Positions 47,316 to 57,380 are shown, counted from the first letter of the stretch. The stretch: 64,000 nucleotides of DNA from a virus (IMGVR_UViG_3300011008_002712); one strand, 5' to 3'. A program made the numbers and translations. The notes: a model not told the origin generated them from the sequence alone.

Positions 47316-48267
47316 CTTTTATTCTGTCTCCATAAATTTTGTAAAATATTGATTCGCCGTTTATTCTGTCAGCAAAAATAATTTTTTTGTATTTCAAAAA
47401 ATCTAACATGATAGTGTTATTCGCAATAAGCACAAATTGGCTTTGCTTATCCAGGCTATATATCATATGCTTAACTAACAAAGGATGCATGCTTACGTCA
47501 AAGTCATCTACGAAATATGTCTTTTTTGAAGTTAGATTCATCAAGATATATTCTAATGTTTTCTTTATCCCATTGCATTCTTCATCATAACTAACATGCA
47601 TTTTATTTTCGTTACAAAAATGAACAAAAACTAGCTCATATGTCTTATTTTTTTCAATATAATAAATTTTTCCATTGTGCTTTAAAAACATGTTTTTTTC
47701 GCACATTCTTAACTTTTCATCTGTTTTTTTTATTTCTAATTTAATTTTTGAAAATCCAAACGATTCGAACGCCGATGATTGTTTATTCACTGTATTTAAG
47801 CTGCATAAAAATTCCGTGTCAATATTGTCTTTTATAACTACCAAAGAATCAATAAAACTTCTTAATTCTTTATGATTATTTACAGCACAACAATGATATT
47901 CATACATTTTATCATTATCAAAAGAATAAAAAACTTCTTTTAATATCTTATTTTCTTTATGATCGTATGTTAATTCATAATTAAATTTTTTATCATCTTT
48001 TTTGAATTGAAATCCGAATATCATTGGAATGTGTAAACCAGAAAATTTATTGTAATGACTAGAAAGATCAATGTCATTTCCAAGAGCTATTTGCTTAGCT
48101 GCATATATAGCCTGCACTAATGCAGTTCTCCCAACACCAATATGATTAACATTACTATAAATTAATGTCTTAGAATTGTCAAAAATTATTTTTGCATTTC
48201 TTAAACATTTAAAATTGTCAACATAAATTGATGTTACCATTTCGTTTTCTCCTGAAAAAATTGACAT
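47278..48267 (-). CDS. Degenerate AAA_21/ABC-type ATPase
   Basis: V.NFKCL start, GVGRTAL, EECNGIKK, FVDDFDVSMHP, QFVL, I.FADR..GES. Confidence 0.7.
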   Translation of the reverse strand: MSIFSGENEMVTSIYVDNFKCLRNAKIIFDNSKTLIYSNVNHIGVGRTALVQAIYAAKQIALGNDIDLSSHYNKFSGLHIPMIFGFQFKKDDKKFNYELTYDHKENKILKEVFYSFDNDKMYEYHCCAVNNHKELRSFIDSLVVIKDNIDTEFLCSLNTVNKQSSAFESFGFSKIKLEIKKTDEKLRMCEKNMFLKHNGKIYYIEKNKTYELVFVHFCNENKMHVSYDEECNGIKKTLEYILMNLTSKKTYFVDDFDVSMHPLLVKHMIYSLDKQSQFVLIANNTIMLDFLKYKKIIFADRINGESIFYKIYGDRIKDDYFDNKKWFFM

Positions 48268-48301
48268 ATATCAGCAAATAACAAAACTATTTGCTGATAT
48301 A

Positions 48302-48715
48302 TCAACCTAGCGTTCCGTAATATAAGCAATGTTTGTTTCCCATCAATTCTTTAGGACATTCATCTAACTTGACATATTTTCCAGTCTTATCGTCATATTT
48401 ATAGAAATATAGCACCGTGCCATTAGAAACATCTGAATTATCAACAGACGCCATGGGATAATAGCCAGATGGAGTTTCTTCAATCACTGCATATGTATAA
48501 CAATATTCATATATATCACAGTCATTGTTTCTTACTCTTTTATCTGCTTCTTCAAATGTTGGCAACCATCCAACAGCACGTGTGCTAGAATACGGGCTTG
48601 CCAGTCCATTTTCAATTTTTTCTTTCAATTTTGGATCTTTTTCAAAATCTTTTTCTGAGTATGTGCTTATCGCAGTAACTATGTAAATAACATCGCGCAT
48701 TATTTTATCCTCCAA
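48302..48715 (-). CDS. hypothetical protein
   Basis: GGAGGA RBS before MRDV; DIYEYCYTYAVIEE motif. Confidence 0.75.
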   Translation of the reverse strand: MEDKIMRDVIYIVTAISTYSEKDFEKDPKLKEKIENGLASPYSSTRAVGWLPTFEEADKRVRNNDCDIYEYCYTYAVIEETPSGYYPMASVDNSDVSNGTVLYFYKYDDKTGKYVKLDECPKELMGNKHCLYYGTLG

Positions 48716-48735
48716 AAAAACCTAAATTTTTATCT

Positions 48736-48790
48736 CGTGAAATTTTTGCAGTTGCTGCTTTATGTCCAGAAAAACTGCAAAAATTTCACG
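48736..48790. repeat. Perfect 18-bp inverted repeat
   Basis: CGTGAAATTTTTGCAGTT (48736-48753) / AACTGCAAAAATTTCACG (48773-48790). Confidence 0.9.
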
Positions 48791-48840
48791 CGAAAATTTT
48801 TTGAAATCTCACTATTCTATCCAGAAAACAGCAAAAAATT

Positions 48841-48917
48841 CTCGTGTAATGTGAAGCCATAGTTCACTTTTTTATATGGTTTTCTGATTTATTTCTGAAC
48901 ATCATAAAACTGCACGC
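48841..48917. repeat. Dispersed non-coding element, copy 1
   Basis: CTCGTGTAATGTGA-N23-GGTTTT-...-AACTGCACGC; copy 2 is at 52290-52365. Confidence 0.8.
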
Positions 48918-48958
48918 TGTTCACTATTTAAAAACATTTTCTTTTAGTTCTTTTCAAA

Positions 48959-49378
48959 TCACATATCAGTCAGCCATTTTTGCAGTTTCAACTTAATTTT
49001 GAACAACAAAGAAGGCTCAAAATTGATGTCTATCCTGAGATGTCTGCTCTCCTTAAAATCAAGAATGGATTCACCTGGCTTCAGCGGAATTGGCTTCTTG
49101 TACTCGCAAAAACCCGCGTCATAACCTTTTCTCCGCAAAATATCTACAACTCGTTTCGCGGCTTCTATCTGCTGATCCGATTTTCCCTTCCATAAATCAA
49201 TGTGAATAACACAAGTAGAAGAACCGTCTGAGATAGCGCTATAAATCTTTTTATTGACTATACAAAGAAGCTCTTTGACTCCGTCAGAATAGTCTTCTGC
49301 TTTGCGAGCTTCTAGCATCTTCATATATGCCTCATCGCTATCTAACAACTCAATTTCATGATTAATGATAAAAACCAC
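48959..49378 (-). CDS. hypothetical protein
   Basis: 139-aa ORF. Confidence 0.7.
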   Translation of the reverse strand: MVFIINHEIELLDSDEAYMKMLEARKAEDYSDGVKELLCIVNKKIYSAISDGSSTCVIHIDLWKGKSDQQIEAAKRVVDILRRKGYDAGFCEYKKPIPLKPGESILDFKESRHLRIDINFEPSLLFKIKLKLQKWLTDM

Positions 49379-49388
49379 CTTCTTATTG

Positions 49389-50366
49389 TCAAATCAATTT
49401 TAAAATATCAGTGAATTGATCATATGCGAACAACGACATCTCATCAACAAACGTTATCCATCTTTTCTCTTGTTCTTCTTTTGTCTTTTTACTCTTATTC
49501 TTCCAGCTCTTAGATATGAATTCTTTAATCCACTGCTCTCCATAAGAAGGGAATACTGCACCTGCACGAAACGCAAGCATTTTTTCTAACTGTTCTTTGC
49601 TTGGACAAAATGCAAAGTAGTAATCTAAGAAAAATTCTTTCTGCCCATCAAATTTTACTCTCTTTTCAAAAGCTTCAGAATTAATCTTCTTGAGCATATC
49701 ACGTCCAACGACATATTCTTCAATAGAAAAAAACGTCCCTCCTCTTTTTTCTATTTCACCAAGTTTTTCTACTACATCTTTCCATTCATTGATATCTGCC
49801 TTGATGCCTTCTTCTTCCATCTCCCGTTTCATCTCGTTGAAGTCTATTGGTATCTTTATCATAACTGGAAGAGGGACAATCTCTCCACTTATAGAGTCAC
49901 GAAGAAATAGCCCATCATTGATGAAAGAAAGAGTCGTCGGAACTGCTATAATATCTTTTGCCAAACGATCTTCATGCTGCTTTGCATAAGTATATGGCGT
50001 CTTAATGAAAAAATCAAAGTCGTCTATCTCATCATTGCTTGCTACTAAAAAATTGTTGAAAAAATCTATCGTTTCTTTCTTTTTCCACATGCGATATAAA
50101 TTTGGTGGAGGGGAGAATACTTTCGAAGGATCGTCTTTGCAATTTTTTTCAATCTTCTTAATCTCATCTAATATTGTAATGCCCTCAAAATATTGCACAT
50201 CTTGTGTCTTTTTTTCGCCTTTCTCATCTAGATATTCTTTCTTTCGCTGATAAGAAAATGCAACTAAAATATCTCCAAGCATAATCCCTTTCAGCTCAGA
50301 TTTTGTTTCATACTTTATGCTCATGCTGATATCTATAGCATCATTGCTTTTATTCATAAGTTCCAT
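49389..50366 (-). CDS. hypothetical protein
   Basis: 325 aa with GAGG RBS. Confidence 0.75.
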   Translation of the reverse strand: MELMNKSNDAIDISMSIKYETKSELKGIMLGDILVAFSYQRKKEYLDEKGEKKTQDVQYFEGITILDEIKKIEKNCKDDPSKVFSPPPNLYRMWKKKETIDFFNNFLVASNDEIDDFDFFIKTPYTYAKQHEDRLAKDIIAVPTTLSFINDGLFLRDSISGEIVPLPVMIKIPIDFNEMKREMEEEGIKADINEWKDVVEKLGEIEKRGGTFFSIEEYVVGRDMLKKINSEAFEKRVKFDGQKEFFLDYYFAFCPSKEQLEKMLAFRAGAVFPSYGEQWIKEFISKSWKNKSKKTKEEQEKRWITFVDEMSLFAYDQFTDILKLI

Positions 50367-50453
50367 GCCTCAACACCCTCCACACCTTACTGTTTAATTA
50401 TAAACAATCTCAAAGAAAATTTAAACCTTCGACGCAAAAATATATCTAATTGA

Positions 50454-50600
50454 TTATTCAATTATATATAAAACATTTTCTTTCTCATCAAACCTTATCC
50501 CTGATGCACTCTTTTCCCATTCATCTTCATATGCTATTCCTACTTCAACTTCATCGTCAAGCTTCTCAACCCATTCTCTTAAGTCTTTAATTTTTACCAT
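50454..50600 (-). CDS. Small protein not in the ORF track (MVKIKDLREWVEKLDDEVEV...)
   Basis: 48 codons, AGAGAG RBS, upstream TTTGCT-N17-TAAAAT. Confidence 0.6.
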   Translation of the reverse strand: MVKIKDLREWVEKLDDEVEVGIAYEDEWEKSASGIRFDEKENVLYIIE

Positions 50601-50657
50601 CATCTAATCTCTCTTTCTTATCATTTTATTGTAAAATCAAGTTTAAGCAAATGCATA

Positions 50658-51263
50658 TCAATACGGATATTCGTAATTTGTATGATATGTCTCGTTAAAT
50701 TGTGCCAGACGTTTTTTATCATGTTCTTTCAGCATCTTGCAAAATTCTTCCGCATCCTTTTTCTTCTTGAAAGCATATTCTTTTGCCGTGCCAGTTTTTG
50801 AAGCAAAAGATACATCCATATCATCAATTTTTTGATCAAGCTTTTTTTCAGAAGGCACATAGCATTCGATATAATCATTTTCACATCGCCCAGTCCTACA
50901 AAATGCTATGAGATGCAAAGAATCCATATATCCCTTGCCATCTTTATATGCAGAAACAGCTGCCGGTCCTTGTGCAATTATTTTATAGACAATGTATTCA
51001 TGAACTTCCCAATTGCATAAAACAATCTTGTTTGCGTATTCATTAGAGTTATTTCTTTTGCAAATTGGACATTCAGCTTCATATGCATTTCCATCAAATC
51101 CAACATATCTAATCATTCTTGTATCATCACAAGACGGGCACTTCGAATAATATGTTCTTGCATTATCAGAATAATTATTCTTAGCACATTCTTCGACTTT
51201 ATAAAAACGATCTCCCAACCACAAACTTGTGTGATATTTTAAAAACATGCTACGCTCTTCCAA
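50658..51263 (-). CDS. Zn-finger-containing hypothetical protein
   Basis: CPSC..CPIC; AAGGAGG RBS. Confidence 0.75.
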   Translation of the reverse strand: MEERSMFLKYHTSLWLGDRFYKVEECAKNNYSDNARTYYSKCPSCDDTRMIRYVGFDGNAYEAECPICKRNNSNEYANKIVLCNWEVHEYIVYKIIAQGPAAVSAYKDGKGYMDSLHLIAFCRTGRCENDYIECYVPSEKKLDQKIDDMDVSFASKTGTAKEYAFKKKKDAEEFCKMLKEHDKKRLAQFNETYHTNYEYPY

Positions 51264-51566
51264 AATAATTCCTCCTTCAATTTTGTAAAGTCTGTTGTTT
51301 GATGTAATATGCTTAAATCAACTTACTTAGATAAATTGATTATTCATCCCCATTTCTTTGAACAACTTAAAATAATTATTTATGCATCGATAAAAAGAAT
51401 TTCTGATCTATCTGTTGCAGCTCCATAAAATTTTTAGTTCTTAAAACTTCATCAATAAATATATCAGCTCCTTAGATATTCTTTGTATTCTATTACAGAA
51501 TTTATATGTTTTTACATTTTCATCCAATCACCTTTATATGAAAATCGTAAAATCAAAAAAATTTTT

Positions 51567-51917
51567 CTACATATATAAACAATTCAATTTATCAAAATGC
51601 AAATTTTTATCTTTTCCATTCGGAATAATTAATAATTTATCACCAAATAAATATCGTAGATATTCTTCAACTTCTCGCATAGAATCCAAGTCATTTATTA
51701 CTACATTAATTTTTACACCATAAGGTTGAATCATAGAATAGAAGCGTTTTTCTTTTCCTTCAAAAATACGCTTTGCTATGTTCATATTATAATTTCCATT
51801 CATACATTTTTTATGCTTTGCTAAAACGTCTTCATAATTTATATCATTTTCTAAAACAACATCAAATATCATTATACATTCACTCCCTAACTTTAAATAA
51901 GTTATGTAAAATATCAC
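51567..51917 (-). CDS. hypothetical protein
   Basis: GGGAGTG RBS before MIFDV. Confidence 0.6.
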   Translation of the reverse strand: MIFYITYLKLGSECIMIFDVVLENDINYEDVLAKHKKCMNGNYNMNIAKRIFEGKEKRFYSMIQPYGVKINVVINDLDSMREVEEYLRYLFGDKLLIIPNGKDKNLHFDKLNCLYM

Positions 51918-52007
51918 GTTTCATAATATCAAAAGAAATTAAGAATTTTATCAATTCAATTTCAATATATAAAGAGACAACATAAAACAAAATTATATAA
52001 AACAATC

Positions 52008-52200
52008 TTTTGAAAACTTCTATTATATAGAAAATTAGATTTCAGAAAAATAGCTGAAAAATCTTATATTGGCTTAGTGTTTTTAGAATATATGGTAAAA
52101 TTCGATTTTTGAAGAACTTCTATTCCAGAAAAAATGTTTTTAAAATGCTATTACTCTAGAAGAATCTTATTTGCTTAATATTTTTAGAATATATAGATAG
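52008..52200. repeat. Degenerate ~100-bp tandem repeat (two copies)
   Basis: TTTGAA..AACTTCTATT..AGAAAA....AATCTTAT.TGCTTA..TTTTTAGAATATAT at about 52008 and 52108. Confidence 0.65.
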
Positions 52201-52289
52201 CAAAACATACGGATTCTATTTTTTATTTATATGTAATTTAAAAACACAATTATTCGAAAATTTATTTTCTAAAAAAACCGTAAAAAAAT

Positions 52290-52365
52290 CTCGTGTAATG
52301 TGACCGGTTGGTCGACGTCTCCAGACGGTTTTTTCAATATAAGACGCTCTTCATGAACTGCACGC
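52290..52365. repeat. Dispersed non-coding element, copy 2
   Basis: Same three boxes and nearly the same spacing as 48841-48917. Confidence 0.8.
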
Positions 52366-52668
52366 CGTATGTATACATGATGCTTTTCAACAAAGAATAT
52401 TTGATATCACGAATTCACATTTCTTGAGTATTTATACAGGCCTTACACATATATTCCAAAAACTATATAACGTGTTGTTCATATTTCACGCATATAATGA
52501 ATTTATGATAACATGCAATTTGTAAAAAATTATTTATATTCATAATTGGTAAAAATTGCTATTATGTATGTATTTTGTGGCAATAAACATTAAAAATGGC
52601 AATTATACAAAAAAGTATAGAAACTCATTTAGTTATTGACGTTCCGTATAGATAAACTAAGTAATTTT

Positions 52669-52794
52669 TTATGAGAAGTTTGTTTCTATAAATGGAAGTC
52701 TTATTCGCTGTTGTTTAACCTTATTCTTCAGTGCGTTTCTACACTGTCGTCGAATGTTTTTGTTATTGTTGTTTTGATGATTTATTGCCATCAT
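52669..52794 (-). CDS. Small basic peptide (41 aa)
   Basis: AGAGGA RBS before MMAINH; downstream of the promoter at 52906. Confidence 0.45.
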   Translation of the reverse strand: MMAINHQNNNNKNIRRQCRNALKNKVKQQRIRLPFIETNFS

Positions 52795-52905
52795 ATAATC
52801 CTCTTTGCCATATTTCTGGATAAACTTAATTTTATCATATTTTGAGATCAAAGAAAATATTTTAGGAGCATCTATTAAGATGTCTGCAGTATTTGTCCTA
52901 ATTAT

Positions 52906-52937
52906 ATTATAACACTTTGCTAATTACTTGTAAATAG
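52906..52937 (-). promoter_or_regulatory. Early sigmaA-type promoter
   Basis: CTATTTACA-N17-TATAAT with TG extension. Confidence 0.8.
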
Positions 52938-53197
52938 TTTTTTGATAATATTTTCACTATATTTGAAGTAATATATTATTTCAAATAGCAAATTAAGATA
53001 ACATAGATTTTTGAACATCTTATGCAAAAAACATAGACATCACATGAAATTATTATACAATCATTATGATGTCTATGTTTTTATTTGTTTGCGTTATTGA
53101 ATTTTAGAATTACTTAACATCTCGCACATAGAAAGGTAATTTCCAAAAAGAGCTTCCACAAAATAAATTCAGAAATTATTCTCTTCATTCTTTTTAA

Positions 53198-53671
53198 TCA
53201 TTTACAAGGAGGACATTCCATCAACGAATTCCATTCAGTTGTAAGATAATTTGCGATTTGTGATGCACAGCGTTCCACTACTTTTACCCACCAGTTTACA
53301 TCGCCGATATCATTGTTTATTCCAGAAAGTGCCAGATTGATATAAGCCATGGAAGAGAACTGTACACGACCGTTTTCCAAACTTAAGCCGTCGTTGTATT
53401 TGCAAAACGCATTTGTAATGGCCGTCCTAACCTTCAGCATCTCTTCCGTCATCTTTATGTGTTCAAAGGCCATCCCGAAACCTACAAGCTTTTCGACTTT
53501 TCTGCGTATTGTCTTCAATGAGCCAAGCGTAAATTCTACATTGTTTACCAAGCCTGTACGCTTAGTCACGTTCAGCGTCGCATCGATGACTTCAACCCCT
53601 GTAATCTTGCTATATTCGTCGATAACGTTCATAACATCCTTAAACTCAATTCCATTTGTCAGTTCAGCCAT
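53198..53671 (-). CDS. hypothetical protein
   Basis: 157 aa downstream of a promoter. Confidence 0.7.
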   Translation of the reverse strand: MAELTNGIEFKDVMNVIDEYSKITGVEVIDATLNVTKRTGLVNNVEFTLGSLKTIRRKVEKLVGFGMAFEHIKMTEEMLKVRTAITNAFCKYNDGLSLENGRVQFSSMAYINLALSGINNDIGDVNWWVKVVERCASQIANYLTTEWNSLMECPPCK

Positions 53672-53758
53672 TGTTCATCCATACTTTCAAGAAACAAATC
53701 ATTACCAAAGTTGTTTCTGAAATTGTTGAAATCAACATTTCAGTTATCCATTGATTTA

Positions 53759-53790
53759 ATTATAACATATTCTTGGCAAATTGTAAATAG
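53759..53790 (-). promoter_or_regulatory. Early sigmaA-type promoter
   Basis: CTATTTACA-N17-TATAAT, just downstream of the terminator at about 53799-53838. Confidence 0.8.
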
Positions 53791-53883
53791 ATAAAGCAAA
53801 AAAACGAGAAAATATCTATTGGATATTTTCTCGTTTTTCCTATGCGAATGATATAAGAATGTACAGCTGCAAAATCTTCATTT

Positions 53884-54609
53884 TCATTTTGTTGGTTGGA
53901 TATGTAAAGCAATTACTCCTTTCAATGCTTTCTTCAGCATATAGTCATTGTAATTGATTACTGCATCGTAATAAGCATACTTTAATTTTTTCTCTTCTTC
54001 TGTTTCTTTTTCTCCTTCTATTCCTAAGCCCATAAACACATCTTCCGCTGGTATACTCTTATAACTACCAGATTCTATTTCTTCCATTGCATCATCCAGT
54101 TTTTTCTTCGTCCCTGCCAAGTCTTCTTGCTCAAATCCGAAAAACGATGCTTCATACAATACGTCAACCAATAAGTCTACAAGATGCATTTGCGTATACG
54201 CATCCTCCGAAATAAAAAACCCGGCTATCTCACCGTGCAAACAAAATTCATAGGCGTAATTATTTGCTTCAGTTCCTATCTTCTTCAAATCTTCAATATG
54301 AACAAGACCAAAATAGCTTTTTATTCCGTCTTCTACATTTTCATAAGCATACAGTATCGATGGTGTGTAAGTGGTTTCTATTTCAATCGTCGAAAGTTTT
54401 TCAATAAACTGGCGAATACGCATTCGCATAGCCATCAGCAACTCATACGCTGTTAATTCTTTCTCATTTTCCATTATGTTTATTACTGTTGTGTCTCGTT
54501 CCAAATATCCGTCTACTAATTCATCGATTGAAAACTTAGAAATTTTGTCAGAAGTTTTGTTATCCTCTTCTTTAAATGCTTCACTCAAATATTGCTGCAC
54601 TGTCTTCAC
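53884..54609 (-). CDS. hypothetical acidic protein
   Basis: 241 aa; LYEASFFGF motif. Confidence 0.75.
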   Translation of the reverse strand: MKTVQQYLSEAFKEEDNKTSDKISKFSIDELVDGYLERDTTVINIMENEKELTAYELLMAMRMRIRQFIEKLSTIEIETTYTPSILYAYENVEDGIKSYFGLVHIEDLKKIGTEANNYAYEFCLHGEIAGFFISEDAYTQMHLVDLLVDVLYEASFFGFEQEDLAGTKKKLDDAMEEIESGSYKSIPAEDVFMGLGIEGEKETEEEKKLKYAYYDAVINYNDYMLKKALKGVIALHIQPTK

Positions 54610-54646
54610 AATCTATCCACATCCTTTCTTACCACATTTTAATTAT

Positions 54647-54889
54647 TTAACGAACACCGAAAATAGCTTCTTCATCATCAATGATTTCCACCTGACCTTC
54701 AAGCAACGACATAAGTAACGTATCATCGTCAAACCACGTCACTTCATTATCGCGAAAGAAGGCATACCATAGGCCGTTTTCTTCAATCTTTACCATGATA
54801 GGATTTTTCGATTTCAGATATTTGATGTAAAACGATTCGCCCAACTTTTTGCCGAATAATGCGGCTAACAAATGGGTGGTGTTTGACAT
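54647..54889 (-). CDS. Small phage protein (AALFxKxLGExF family)
   Basis: Start MSNTTHLL; paralogue of 59933..60124. Confidence 0.7.
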   Translation of the reverse strand: MSNTTHLLAALFGKKLGESFYIKYLKSKNPIMVKIEENGLWYAFFRDNEVTWFDDDTLLMSLLEGQVEIIDDEEAIFGVR

Positions 54890-55217
54890 AAAGCAACATA
54901 TTATTATAAGATGGGATATTATAATTAGATTGAATAATTTTTGAAATTTTTTTATCTTTTCCGGCGCAAATACTATCTTTATCAACAATTGCTGCGTTAT
55001 TTATTATAACACCATATGCAATAACATTAGCTCCCGACTCCTTAGCTTCTTTTAGAAATATTTCTTTCTTTTTTTTGCGTGTAGATATAGTTTGTATGCG
55101 ATCATTCACCACAAGAAACTCATTATCAAATCCATGCTGAGGGAAGTTTGATTGCTTCACCTCAATAACATCTCCAATAGCAGCATATCTTTTGACAACC
55201 TCTGAGATTGTTCACAT
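54783..55217 (-). pseudogene. Gene with TGA at codon 2
   Basis: Promoter + GAGGTG RBS + ATG TGA ACA ATC..., in frame with the 125-aa ORF. Confidence 0.55.
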
Positions 55218-55236
55218 GTTTTCACCTCTTTGTTCT

Positions 55237-55268
55237 ATTATATTACATTTTCATTAAAAAGTAAATAG
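55237..55268 (-). promoter_or_regulatory. Early sigmaA-type promoter
   Basis: CTATTTACT-N17-TATAAT. Confidence 0.8.
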
Positions 55269-55431
55269 CTAAAGAAAAACTTTAGCTATTGTAGTTTGTA
55301 TTCTGCAACGATGATAAGATTGTTTTTTGTTGTAATTGACAAGACTAGATATCTTATTGAATATTTACATTCATATTCATTCATCCCATATGTTATTCCC
55401 TTATCTCTTGACTTTGCATGTTTTTATTCTC

Positions 55432-55938
55432 CTATTCATTTGTATATAATTTTATTTTATACCAAGACACTCTTTTATCACTCATATTGCCATGTTCATC
55501 TGGCAGTATTGCACAAGCAGATACTGGAAAATCCCATGCTTTATTACTCCTTAGATTCCATTCTGTGGAGTTAATGCCATTAATCACATTAGACTTTTCT
55601 TTTTCTGTGTCTTTGCATTCAATAAAAAATTTATAATGCATATCATCAATTTTTTCTAATCTCATGCCAAGTTTGTTAGATGGAACAAAAATTTGATCAA
55701 CTTCTGGAATTCCAGGATTATCTTCTTTCCTGCCAGAGTATAGCATTGCATCTTTATTACTTATGTTAGCAAAACGACAACATTCGCCTTTTTTGAAATA
55801 AAAATAAAGCTTCATATTCCAAGTTTTTGCCATGTCATAAAACATTTTGCTTGACTCAATCATTGTTTTTGCTGATTCATTAAGACTGTGTTTAATAGCC
55901 ACTTCTTCCGGCGTTCCTTTTTTCATGGTTTTGTCCAT
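55432..55938 (-). CDS. hypothetical protein
   Basis: 168-aa ORF. Confidence 0.7.
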   Translation of the reverse strand: MDKTMKKGTPEEVAIKHSLNESAKTMIESSKMFYDMAKTWNMKLYFYFKKGECCRFANISNKDAMLYSGRKEDNPGIPEVDQIFVPSNKLGMRLEKIDDMHYKFFIECKDTEKEKSNVINGINSTEWNLRSNKAWDFPVSACAILPDEHGNMSDKRVSWYKIKLYTNE

Positions 55939-56123
55939 TTTATTGCAGATTCAATTATGCTTTGATAACAGTTGTACATATCCGCTTGTGATGAGAATTT
56001 ATATTGATAAATTTCATTTTTTCGTTCAACAACAATTGTCGAGTTGTTCTTGATAGTACGAAATGCAATGCAATCCGCGAAGCAAACATCATCACCATTT
56101 GGAGTTGTAAAATTAATAATCAT
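55923..56123 (-). CDS. hypothetical protein
   Basis: 66 aa with AAGGAAG RBS. Confidence 0.6.
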   Translation of the reverse strand: MIINFTTPNGDDVCFADCIAFRTIKNNSTIVVERKNEIYQYKFSSQADMYNCYQSIIESAIKWTKP

Positions 56124-56140
56124 TTTTCATCTTCCTTTCT

Positions 56141-56659
56141 TTACCTTGCATGACAAATGAGATTAACATCAAGAATCTGGTCTACTTCTGCTAAATCAAC
56201 TGAAAATGGATGAAACCTGCGTTTATAATCAACAGACAAGGTACTAAACCCTGTCTTACCCTTCGCCGTTGCGACAAACATGTTTTCAATAATATTATCA
56301 TTATCTTTCAAAAAATGTGAAATCCTTACTAAGTAGAACCCACGCTTTAGATAAATACTCGCTAAAATATTAGCAACAACTTTCCAATTTTTGCGAACAG
56401 TTTCTATGTCTCGGGGTATTGAAACGATAGCATTACTAATGATGCTTCCACAAGATATGCTTATTCCATGAAGATCAAAAGAGTCCTCATTATCTGAAAT
56501 AATTATATCTCGGTTATTCCCATCAAGTAAAGTAAGATCAATAATTGATGGCACATTCCCTAAGGAAATCTTTTTTAGTACTTCTTCCGTTGCTTTCGCC
56601 GGTGTATATCGGAAATTACTAGCATTTTCGACAGATATGACTTGTGATTCACTATGCAT
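56141..56659 (-). CDS. hypothetical protein
   Basis: 172 aa with AAAGGA RBS. Confidence 0.7.
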   Translation of the reverse strand: MHSESQVISVENASNFRYTPAKATEEVLKKISLGNVPSIIDLTLLDGNNRDIIISDNEDSFDLHGISISCGSIISNAIVSIPRDIETVRKNWKVVANILASIYLKRGFYLVRISHFLKDNDNIIENMFVATAKGKTGFSTLSVDYKRRFHPFSVDLAEVDQILDVNLICHAR

Positions 56660-56810
56660 TAAACATTATCCTTTCACATAAGTAATTAAGCTTCCGTAAC
56701 ATCGTTTATCTTGTCTAAATCAAATTTATACAAAACGAAGAGAAAATAAACGGCTAGAAACAATTTTTATTTCCAACTGTTAAGATTAAATTTAACTAAT
56801 GAGCTATGTA

Positions 56811-57296
56811 TTATTTCTCATCTAATGCAAGAATATTTTGGAATACACTTAACGCAGAATAATCTTCCAAAGCTTTTGATTTCCTGATACTATCTAGCAT
56901 TAACCTCTGAACAGGATATTTCTTTTCATCACCATAGCAGTCATAGAAAATATCTTCATCACCATAATAGCCCAATATATCATTCTCTACTAGATAATCA
57001 TAATCCCTGACAAAAATTTCGAATCCGAATTTCTTCAAAACATCAATCGCATCATCCAAACCAATGCCTGAAAACAAGTCCTCCGGCTTTTCCCTGTCAC
57101 CAAGACTTACGATGCTGTAATTGTCTGCCAGTTTCTTAACTTCAGCAATCTTGTACTTTCCCTCAAAATCGAGAATTCTGTCCGAAATGATGATTTTACA
57201 CTCATTGTCGTTTCCAATAAAGGATTCCCTATCATGCTTCTTATCCCATGAACTGCGAAACCAATAAGACTGACCTGCTTCAATCCTGTTTCTCAT
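56811..57296 (-). CDS. hypothetical protein
   Basis: 161 aa with AAGGAGA RBS. Confidence 0.75.
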   Translation of the reverse strand: MRNRIEAGQSYWFRSSWDKKHDRESFIGNDNECKIIISDRILDFEGKYKIAEVKKLADNYSIVSLGDREKPEDLFSGIGLDDAIDVLKKFGFEIFVRDYDYLVENDILGYYGDEDIFYDCYGDEKKYPVQRLMLDSIRKSKALEDYSALSVFQNILALDEK

Positions 57297-57348
57297 TTTG
57301 TTTCTCCTTTACTATTTTATGAAATTATCAACTCTTTTCTTATTAATA

Positions 57349-57380
57349 ATTATACAACAAAACAACAAAAATGTAAATAG
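57349..57380 (-). promoter_or_regulatory. Early sigmaA-type promoter
   Basis: CTATTTACA-N17-TATAAT. Confidence 0.8.

Noticed and set aside
51300-51530. Possible decayed copy of the NRD..YIDG domain (minus strand FYGAATDRSEILFIDA*) behind an RBS
   Set aside because: Multiple stops and too short a match to support by eye.
48720-52370. CRISPR array or mini-array
   Set aside because: Only two distant copies with box-like conservation; no regular repeat-spacer period and no cas genes.
54890-54988. N-terminal extension of the 113-aa ORF in the track
   Set aside because: Paralogy with 59933..60124 places the start at MSNTTH (54889).
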